Shown here piece after piece: positions 26,598 through 36,400 of a stretch of 64,000 bases of DNA. Source of the stretch: Schmidtea polychroa (taxonomy: Eukaryota); assembly GCA_044892525.1 (NCBI GenBank), contig CM097887.1:88824397-88888396 (forward strand), read 5' to 3'. Both the position numbers and the translations under genes were made by a program. The notes under the pieces were generated by a model, which did no database searches, had not been told where the DNA came from, and was given only the letters and a program-made list of their open reading frames with translations. Position 1 is the stretch's first letter; every line of letters begins with the position of its first letter.

Positions 26598-29025
26598 GAA
26601 ATATGTGAGGAAAATTGCAAAGAAAATTAAAAAGAGATTTTGTGTAGTGTTAAAACAAGCAAAAGAAAGTATGGAATTTTGCGATGATAATGTGATAACT
26701 GAGATGAGGACAAGGAAAATAGATAGAGATATGGTATTAACAATTATGAGTTATATTTTGTTAGAAATCGGAACCTATGATTGCTCAGAAATGGAAAAAC
26801 ATGAGGAAATAATTAAAATGGCGAGTAAAGTTTTACATAAACATGTTGGCAAATGGATAAAAGAGAATGGAGGTTGGGAAAAGCTGATTAAACAAAAAAT
26901 AAAACCAGTTGTGGAATTGAGAGAAAATTATGAAGGGGTCTTGAAACGAAACACCATGAAATTTCCATTTTTAATGTTTATGATTATGATACTATGTGCA
27001 ATTATAACTCAAACGACGTCTTTAATCGCTTACGACTGTTCTCAAACAAAAATGGGAAAGGTATATTCGATGGTAGATATGACAGAATGTCCAGATGCAC
27101 ATCCACTGAGTCTAACAGTGGAAAAGGATGTAAAATACTATGTATATCAAGAGTCTGGATTTAGACATGCCACGGTAAGAGAGTGTATTGTGAAGAGAAC
27201 AAGTTTTGTATTCTATTGTGGCAAATGGAGTCACACATCATTAATTAAAATGTATGCAATACCAAGGCCAGTTGATGTAAATCCAGAAAATTGCATGGCT
27301 GCATTCCAGACCGGAGAATTGAAAATAAGTCCCGAAATTAAATTGAAGGCTAAATTAAATCATGCAATACGAGAAACGATTATTGAAAAAGGGGTGATAA
27401 AGGCCAATGGTGATTGTGAAGGCGAACCATATAAGATGAATGGGCAAATTATTGACAAAGTTGTTGTGATGGAGGAATATTTAACAGAATTGAGAGAATT
27501 TAAAGGAGCTTTTGACGATGATACAGGCAAATTACAAACCCATCCATTTTGTAATATGAAACAGACCAGTTGTCAAACAGGAGAATCGATTTTGGTATAT
27601 GAAGTAAAGAAAAATTTGTGTAACTTGATACATTTGAAATCAATGAGTTTCAGTGAAATGAGTGGCGAACAATTGAGAAATAGACCGGAAAGTCTGAATG
27701 TGGAAGCAAAGCCGGATATGACAGTTAAAATTACGCGATTGAGAAAGAGAAAAACTCCAGTAGTTCTGATGTCAACTTTATTGGACGATGGGATGAGATT
27801 CATACGAAAACGAGTAGTGGATAAGTGCGGCCAAACGGTGTATGAGACGAATTATAAAGGGATTTATGTGTCCAAGAAAAGAGTCGAGGAAGCTCAAATT
27901 AAAATACATAGTACAGATATTAAATTGACAAATTATTTCAATAACAAAATAGATTATCTATTCCACTACAGCCAAAGCATTGTGGAAAATATTTATCGAG
28001 AAATGATATTAAACGATTGTAAATTAAACAAAGAAATATTACGAAATAGAATAGCGATGGCGGTCACAAATCCGAATTTAGTAGCACCTATGTTAATATC
28101 GGAAAACGGTGTATTTGCAAGGATATTTGGTGAAGCGTTGTATAGCTACAAATGCAATGAAATTTCCGTACAAATTACAAAACACGAACAATGCACAAAT
28201 GAATTACAAGTGAGTGTCAATGGTAAACTCAGATTTATGGAACCAATAACTCGGATATTGTTAGAGGAAGACGTAAAACCAAAGGTTTTAAAATGCAACA
28301 GATTACTCGCACCATTATATTGATTAACGTCAGATTCATGGATATCGTTACCAGATCACAAAGGAGTAAAAACTCCAGAAAAGCTAGAATTAACAAAGCT
28401 TGAGTATTTAATAAATTTCACATCATTGGATAAATTAGCACAAACCGGATTGTATTCTCAAGAAGATGTTGAGGAAGCTAGAATGAATTTGTTATTTCCA
28501 TCGAAAAAGGAACGAGTAATAACTGAAATGATTGATACTATACTACCAGGAGGTGAAGGAAAAGTAAACTATGATTATCTATTAACACCAGATCATTATA
28601 AAAAGGCAACGTATAATACGATGAAAAAGATATGGGGAAAATTTATGTTTTTAGGACAAGCGTGTGCGGGATTGATTGGAATTTATGTTATGATAGTGAT
28701 GACAAAGGTAATAATATCTCAAATATTAACTACACACCAATTATATGTTATATCTGGTTGGTCATGGAAATTGATTATTGGATGCATACCGTTCTTGGCC
28801 AGATTTCTGATTACCAAGCATCAATACAAAGAAATGGGGAAAGTAAAATCACGACTAACTAAAAGAAATATTGATTCAAGTTCGAGCAATGGAAGTGGAT
28901 ATGGGGATGATGATAATGATAAACTAAGAGTACCCCCTATGTATTATTATAAAAATAATAAAACAAAAATAAATGATATAAAGGAAAAATCTAAATCTAT
29001 GAGTTTATTACATACAGTACCATAG
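26587..29025 (+). CDS. env: ORF2: N-terminal Bcl-2-like domain, then a signal sequence and chuvirus-like class III fusion glycoprotein; one in-frame TGA at 28321-28323
   Basis: BH2-like WIKENGGWEKL; hydrophobic MKFPFLMFMIMILCAIITQTTS; LIAYDC..YSMVD..ECP, YCGKWSH, CNRLLAPLY, LAQTGLYS, and C-terminal membrane region WGKFMFLGQACAGLIG...GWSWKLI. The frame stays open after the TGA. Confidence 0.8.
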
Positions 29026-29180
29026 GCAAGTGGAACAGACACTTTCAGTCGATTATGTATTCCAAAAACCTTTATTCCAACAGCACCAATATATCCAGTG
29101 GAAAAACTAAAGGAAATGAGGCCAATTGAGAATATTGAATTAACAAATGAGCAAATTATACCGACAAGTGCAGAAATTGA

Positions 29181-29760
29181 AAGGAGAAATATGCTGGGAT
29201 TACCAGGAAATTATGCGCTAATGACAGTCGGAAACAGAGCAGACAACCAAGAATATGGGTACAAGTAAATAAACATAGAGTTGAAGCATTATTAGACTCA
29301 GGTTCGAGTAATACGATATTATCAGACGAAGTGTTGAATTCAGATGAGAAAGCACAAATGAGAAGTACAGAAGAAGTGGTACGATCAATGACAAAATCCA
29401 AACTAAATATTATTGGGCAAATTAGAGTCAAGTTCAATATTGGAAATCAGGAAATTGCTCATGATGTTCTAATAATTCAAAATTGTCCAGTGGAATGCTT
29501 AGTGGGTATGGATGTTTTAGCACAGCTAGAAGGAGTTTGTCTTGATTTGAAAACGGGAAATTTGATTATGGGAGAAACGGGGAAAGCCATTCATGAAACA
29601 GGCGACGTGTTTCTAAACCAAACATTAAGAGTTCCACCTCAAAGTGAAGTTATTTGTTATGTGAATACAATGGGAGTTCCAGATGATGAATTTATATTTC
29701 AACCAAGTGAAACATTAATCAAAAAGTATGATATCCCCATGTACGACGAACTAGTAAGTC
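29181..29760 (+). CDS. pro: Retropepsin-type aspartic protease region (no ATG upstream of the active site)
   Basis: Frame opens at 29181; PRIWVQVNKHRVEALLDSGSSNTILS and CLVGMDVL motifs. The reading frame shifts to the pol frame near 29760. Confidence 0.85.
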
Positions 29761-32718
29761 CAAGACCAATTAATTCCTGTTTATATTACCAACAATAATG
29801 ATAAAGAAATAGCATTAAGACCAAAAACGAAATTGGGAAAGTTGACAAAAATCTTAAAAATGGACAATAAAAGATTACCAAAAAATATAAAAATATACAA
29901 AGAACCTCAAGTAAACAGTAAAGATTTGACCCAAGAGAAAATACAAAAATTTATGAAATTATTGAAAAAATATCAAGACGTCTTTGCAAAACATGAATAT
30001 GATCTAGGAGTTACTCATGTAATTGAGCACGAAATTCCATTAATGGATGAAACTCTAATCAAACTACGACCATACAGAATTCCTTATGCACATCAAGAGG
30101 AAAGTGATAGACAAATAAAGGCGATGAAGGATTTCAATATCATCAGAGACAGTTTTTCACCATTTTCTTCATCTATTGTTGTTGTTAAGAAAAAAGACGG
30201 TGAAATAAGATTTTGTATCGATTATCGAAAATTGAACCAAGTTACAAGAAAGGATACATATCCAATCCCAGTTCCTCAGGAAATGTTCGACAAAATGGGA
30301 GAAGCTCAATATTTTACTGTTATTGATTTAAATAAAGGGTATAATCAATTCAAAGTTAAAGAATCAGATAAAGGAAAAACAGCATTCTCAGATGGAAAAG
30401 GTTTGTATGAATTTAATGTTTTACCATTTGGTTTGAAAGGTGCACCAGCAACATTTCAAAGAGGAATGAATTTTGTACTGAGAGATATCCCACATGCTTT
30501 AGTGTACATAGATGATATTATAATATTTTCAAGTGATTTTGAGGAGCATATGAGAGATGTGGAGACAGTATTTAAACGGCTTAGAGAAGCAAGTCTCAAA
30601 ATCAAACCATCAAAATGTGAATGGGGTAAGTCAGAGGTAGTATATGTTGGACATATTATCTCACGGAGGGGTTTACAACCAAATCCAGATAATGTTAAGA
30701 AAATCCAAGAATATCCTATTCCAAAAAATGTTGATGACGTCAGACAGTTTCTCGGGTTAGCAAGTTATTATAGAAAATTTATTAGAAACTTTGCACATAT
30801 TGCTCAACCATTAACAATGTTATTAAAGAAAACTCTTAAATTTACGTGGAATAAAGCTCAACAAGATGCTTTCGAAATTCTCAAACAAAAACTTATAATT
30901 AATCCAATATTGCGATGCCCAGATTTTACAAAGATGTTCATATTAATGACAGATGCAAGTGGTTTTGCATTAGGGGCAGTGTTGGGGCAAAAGGTAGAAG
31001 GAGAAAAAGATCATGTCATTGCATATGCTAGCCGATCACTGAAGCCCCATGAGAAAAATTATTCAACAATTGAAAAAGAAACTTTAGCTTTGGTATATGG
31101 GATAACAACATTTCGACAATATCTAGTGGGTCCGAAATTTATTGTTTATACAGATCATAATCCGTTACAATGGTTAATGAAACATCGAGATGCAGCAAGC
31201 AAATTGATAAGGTGGTCTATAGCCTTACAAGAATATGATTTTGAAATAAAATACAGAACAGGAAAATCAAACGCTAACGCAGATGCATTGTCAAGGATCT
31301 CAAATGAGGAAATTAGTGTTGACCAGGAAGAAATAAGTTTGAGAGATACAGTATTCGCAGTAATCAAAGCAGTAAACAATATGTCAGAGCTGCAACGAGA
31401 TCAGGAAATGGATGATGAACTAAAACAAATAATCAAACATACAGTGATAATGAAAAAGGACAGTGAATTAAAACAATTAATTGAGGAAAAGCATAAATAT
31501 GTAATCCACAAAGGTATATTAAAGTATATTAAAGGTGATGAATTATTAATAGCTGTCCCAACTAAGCATCGAAATACGTTATTGTTACAATATCATGATG
31601 GAGCATTGGGTGGACATTTATCAGCAAGAAAAACAATGTCACGATTAAAACTAAAGTATTTTTGGAATACAATGGACCAACATGTAAAGTATTGGTGTAA
31701 TACGTGCAAAATTTGTCTAACTCGAAAGAATACAGGAAAGAAAATAAAAGTCCCACTAAAACCAATGCCAATACCAGCCGCGCCAATGGAATTTTCAGCA
31801 ATGGATATTATCGGGCCCTTACCCGAAACTACAAATGGAAATAAATATATTATAGTATTTTGTGATTATTTAACAAAATGGCCAGAGGCGTACGCAATAC
31901 CAAATCAAAAAGCGGAAACAGTTGCTCAAATATTTGTCGAAAAGATTATATTCAGATATGGTGCTCCAAAGAAATTGTTAACAGATCAAGGAACAAATTT
32001 TCAAAGTGATTTATTTAAATCCATTACCGAATTATTTGGTATTTATAAATTAAATACATCACCATATCACCCGCAAACAGACAGGCTAGTAGAAAGATTT
32101 AATGGTACTTTAATCAATATGATCTCATCGTATGTAAATCGGAAACAAAAAGATTGGGACTTATTTATCAAACCATGTCTGTTTGCTTATCGAAATGCAG
32201 TTAACGAGAGTACGGGTGAAACACCTTTTTATTTAATGTATTTGAGACGAAACAATATGCCAATTGACCTGAAATTTCAACCCCCAACGTCTCAATACAT
32301 GGACGTTCCAAATTATAAAGTAATAATGCAGGAACGATTACAATCTGCATGGACTCGTGCGGGGTTAAAAATTAAGTATCGTCAAGAACAATATAAAGAA
32401 AACTACGACAAAAAGGCGCATGAGCACGGAATAAAAATCGGAGATTCGGTATATTTAAACAGGCCGGAGCCAGTAAAGGGCCTATCAATAAAATTACAAA
32501 GACCATTCAAGGGTCCATACACAGTATGTGATGTTACAGCAACTAATTTGAAGTTACGTCCAATGAATAACAAAAGAGCAGAAACAATTATAGTTCATGC
32601 TAATCGATGTAAGAAAGTATCCGAAATAGAGTATCAATTACGATCAAAACAAAAGAAACTTAATGATGAAAAAATTATTCAAAAAAAATTTCAAAAAAAC
32701 CCTACGCCATTGGGATAT
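29761..32718 (+). CDS. pol: Pol: reverse transcriptase, RNase H, integrase
   Basis: RFCIDYRKLN, LPFGLKGAPATFQR, YIDD (30505-30516), TDASG, YSTIEKE, TDHNPL, HDGALGGH..CNTC, MDIIGP, TDQG, VERFN, GPY motif. The frame continues into the next feature. Confidence 0.95.
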
Positions 32719-33900
32719 ATGAACAGAGTTTTATTTATAACTACAGTCTTAATAAATGTCATAGCAAATGCAAGTGGAATAACAATGAATCTACCATATG
32801 CAGTAGAAAAAGTACCCTTATTGGATAAAATTTATATATATTCAACATTTACTAGTATTGTGTGGACATATCACTGTGAAATATCAGAACAAATAGAAGT
32901 TAGTAATTTATTGAACCCTTTCGAACCATTTGTTACGTTGAATTATGAGAAAAGCATATATGTAGCTCGTCGATTGACAGCAAATTACAAATATCCTTGG
33001 ACCATTAAACAATATACGCATCAAACAAATACTACTCAAAATATTTATAACCTTATACAAATTAACATTTGGACAAATGAATGGAGAAATTTAGCTGAAA
33101 TTGAACCGATGATAAATGAAATTCACGTATATTGAAAAGCGGAAGAGCAACAGAAAGTCAGAATTGTTTTTCAAAACATTACGATTGAAACATTAAATAA
33201 AAGAAAATCTTTTGTTAAATACAAAAATTTACAAGAAAATCTCACTTACAGTCTTTCAATACATTATTACGAGAAACTCATTCATGACAATGGGACGTAT
33301 ATGAATAATCAATGGATAGAAGTTCAGAGTCAATATGAAGCAGTACACTTGGTTAACGAAACTAATCGAGTTCAAATAAAAATTGAGAACAATGAAATAA
33401 TTGTGTTACGCCAACCAGGCCTCAGACAAAGGGTAAATATTTTTGTAAATAATAAAATTCAGGTGGTGTTAGACGAATACCAACAAAGAGCAAAATTGAG
33501 TACCTTGAACTCAGTATCTAATCCGAAACCAAGAAATTTCGTGATCAAAATTCAATATTGCAAGCGAAAAGCAAACTCAGATCAATGGCAAGTCACTTTC
33601 ATTGAAAATAGACATATTCATCTTCCTCATACTCAACCCATTGGAGAAATAATAAGTGATCATAATCTAACATTAACCGTAAAACCCTCATGGTCAAAAA
33701 ACGAAAGCTTTTCACTAAACTGTAAAGAAAAATCATCTCATAACAATTGTGTCGAATTGTTATTCATATGTATCATTGTGGCAATACCAAGCGGTATCCT
33801 ACTCATCTACCTTGTTCTAATCTTGAGAAGTAATGACAATGACAATTCTATCTGCGACTATCAATATTCTGAGTCGCAGCAGTTAGAGACATGGGTGTAG
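32719..33900 (+). CDS. Predicted type I membrane glycoprotein, in frame with integrase; in-frame TGA at 33133-33135
   Basis: Signal-like MNRVLFITTVLINVIANA; at least 7 N-x-S/T sequons; FN3-like stretch IHVY*K...KYKNLQENLTYSLSI; TM LLFICIIVAIPSGILLIYLVLIL; short tail. The frame is open on both sides of the TGA. Confidence 0.65.
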
Positions 33901-34068
33901 TAAGATATGATTTCATTGCATGCTATTGATATCGTAAAGTATTTCTTTCTTTCATACCTTTTATAATTACATAAAAATGACTAATAGTGATCTTGTATTG
34001 TGATTATTCGTGATCTAAAATTAAATTATCATTCCTGTAATTTGATTGGTTAAACGATTGCACTACTG

Positions 34069-35574
34069 ATGGGAGAGTTGGGATATAAGAGTATGGTTGT
34101 TAAAAAGAAGAAAACGAAGAAAAACAAAGAATATCAAATGGAGAAAATCAGCAGACCAGCGAAAATATATTCACAGTATCTCAGAGAAAAAAGAAGCCGA
34201 ATAGAGAAGACATATATAATCGAAGAAAATCTGAGAATCCCAAATTGGGCAAGAACAGGCAATGAGAAAATGAGGATATGTCTAATGGAGATCGAATGGA
34301 GATCAAGAATGAAAATAGCCGAATTATTAGTGAGGAAAAGTGATGAGAATTGGGAGATCCACGTATTTAAAGGAATAGTGGAAATCATTAACAATGAAGG
34401 AACCATAACCGGAACAATGCCAAACAATTCATCATGGAAAATTGATAAAGAAACATGGCATAAACATATGCGAGCGGCGAATGGAACCGCGTGGTTAGTA
34501 TTAGAATGCCGCAGTAAAATGCCCACAAGTAACGCGGTAGAAAGAATCATCTCGATGGAAGAAGAAAATACCTTGCTCCCGATTACTGAAGAAATGTTGA
34601 AACACCGAAAGTCATTCCTGAGAAAATATTTAACCACTGAAGAAATCCAAAAAAATATAATATTCATGGATGCCGAATATGGAGTAAGTGAGGACAATAG
34701 AATGATCCCACTAGCGGTATGCCTCATCGAATATACCGGGAAAATAATCTATAATGCTTTGATAACTCCGAGAGAAAAAATAAAAAACTATGTTACACAG
34801 GTTCACGGCATTACTGAGAAAATGTCTAGGAACCAAGAAGACCAATATGAGAGCCAAAGGAAAGTTCAGGAACTAACAGCACGAAAAATATTGGTAGGAC
34901 ATGATCTACAAAATGAATTAAGGTATAGTGGAGTTAACCCAAATGATTTATGGGAAATTCGGGATCTAGCAGCAGCCCAAGCTCTAACGAAAAGGAAAAT
35001 CACAAAGAATGGGCAATGGTACAAATTGTCGATAATTGCTCAAGAAATATGCCAAATATCAATGCAAAAGGGAACGCACTCGGCAAGAGAAGATACGGAT
35101 GCAGTGAGACGAGTTTATCTGGCATTGGAAAGCGATTGGGAAGATGATATAAAAGTGCCAACACGGATATCTCACTCCCTACAAGAGTATAGAACTCGCC
35201 AACTAATGATGAATCAAAAAAGGGAATATAGTAAACTCAAAATCCCGAAAAAACCACAAGAGGAAAAAGCTGTGGAAATGCAAGAGATGGAAATAAATCT
35301 TCATTCCATCGAATCAATGAAAACCATCAAGAGATATAAAGTAACGATAACAATGGAAGAGGAATTAAAAATGGCGGGGAAAATGGAGCTTCGTATAAAG
35401 AGAATGGCAAAACGAAGACTCAAAGATATGGAAACTCAAACGGTAACTACGGAAACTTCGGTGGGAAATACAATTATCATCAACGGAGAAGAATGGAAGC
35501 TCAAAAAAATCTTAGCCACTTATCAAAGAGAAGATGAAAAGATAAAAATTACAAAGTTACCCGACAGAAGATGA
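34069..35574 (+). CDS. DEDDh 3'-5' exonuclease (REX4/ISG20-like) with an unknown N-terminal domain
   Basis: Exo I IFMDAEY (D at 34669), VTQVHGIT, Exo II ILVGHDLQNEL, IRDLA, Exo III QKGTHSAREDTDAVRRVY; Lys-rich N-terminus KKKKTKKNK. Intact 501-codon ORF. Confidence 0.85.
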   Translation: MGELGYKSMVVKKKKTKKNKEYQMEKISRPAKIYSQYLREKRSRIEKTYIIEENLRIPNWARTGNEKMRICLMEIEWRSRMKIAELLVRKSDENWEIHVFKGIVEIINNEGTITGTMPNNSSWKIDKETWHKHMRAANGTAWLVLECRSKMPTSNAVERIISMEEENTLLPITEEMLKHRKSFLRKYLTTEEIQKNIIFMDAEYGVSEDNRMIPLAVCLIEYTGKIIYNALITPREKIKNYVTQVHGITEKMSRNQEDQYESQRKVQELTARKILVGHDLQNELRYSGVNPNDLWEIRDLAAAQALTKRKITKNGQWYKLSIIAQEICQISMQKGTHSAREDTDAVRRVYLALESDWEDDIKVPTRISHSLQEYRTRQLMMNQKREYSKLKIPKKPQEEKAVEMQEMEINLHSIESMKTIKRYKVTITMEEELKMAGKMELRIKRMAKRRLKDMETQTVTTETSVGNTIIINGEEWKLKKILATYQREDEKIKITKLPDRR

Positions 35575-36386
35575 ATAATTGTAATAAATAAATAAAATTT
35601 ATAATTCGTAATTACTTTATTTTTTTTGTACCATAAAAATCTTTTATCAAATAAATAATAGAATAATAAAATAGCAAAGGCAAAAAAAAAAAAATTAATT
35701 AAATCATAAATATAAGTTGAAAATTTAATAATATAATATAGTAGAGTGTAATAAAAATTTCAATACTAATACAATTGTAGTAAGAACCCTACGGGAGCTA
35801 CTCAAATAAATAAAAATGAATAAATAAATATATATAATTCGGAATTAATAAAAAGGCCTTGAAGTTTCCAGATCACGAACTTCGGGATCTGAAGACTTCA
35901 TGGCAAAATTACCTAGCCGCCTGCAGCATGGCGTAACCAGCGTGCAAGGTAATTTGGAAAAGACAAGATAAATAATAAACCCTATATAGAGAGGAAGAGG
36001 CATTATTACATAATTATTATTTCAATTAATTATTATTATTGTCATTATTGATTAATTATTATTGTTATCANNNNNNNNNNNNNNNNNNNNNNNNNNNNNN
36101 NNNNNNNNNNNNNNNNNNNNNNNNNNNNNNNNNNNNNNNNNNNNNNNNNNNNNNNNNNNNNNNNNNNNNNNNNNNNNNNNNNNNNNNNNNNNNNNNNNNN
36201 NNNNNNNNNNNNATAGAGGATATTGATATGTATTAAAGTAACAGGGGGATTAATGTAATGCGCAATAAAATCAAACAACTATGGGAAGGGATAATTATTC
36301 TATTTTGGGGATTTTAAAATGAAAGAGGTAGCTAACAAAATAAATAGATTTCAAATCTTAATTTATTTCGAGGACGAAATTTTTTT

Positions 36387-36398
36387 AAAGGGGGGAGA
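36387..36398 (+). promoter_or_regulatory. Polypurine tract
   Basis: AAAGGGGGGAGA, 2 nt before the 3' LTR. Confidence 0.85.
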
Positions 36399-36400
36399 TA

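Noticed and set aside
28321-33135. Alternative nuclear genetic code (TGA = Trp) to explain in-frame TGAs
   Set aside because: Host genes use TGG for Trp, and TGA ends ORF1 and the exonuclease ORF at sensible places.
34134-34727. 197-aa antisense ORF, and the other antisense ORFs inside both Gypsy elements and the hATm
   Set aside because: Shadows of the sense coding strand with no motifs.
35889-35965. CTGAAGA ... GAAA resembling a hammerhead ribozyme core
   Set aside because: Stem II does not form directly between the two core motifs, and no stem I/III with a cleavage triplet could be built.
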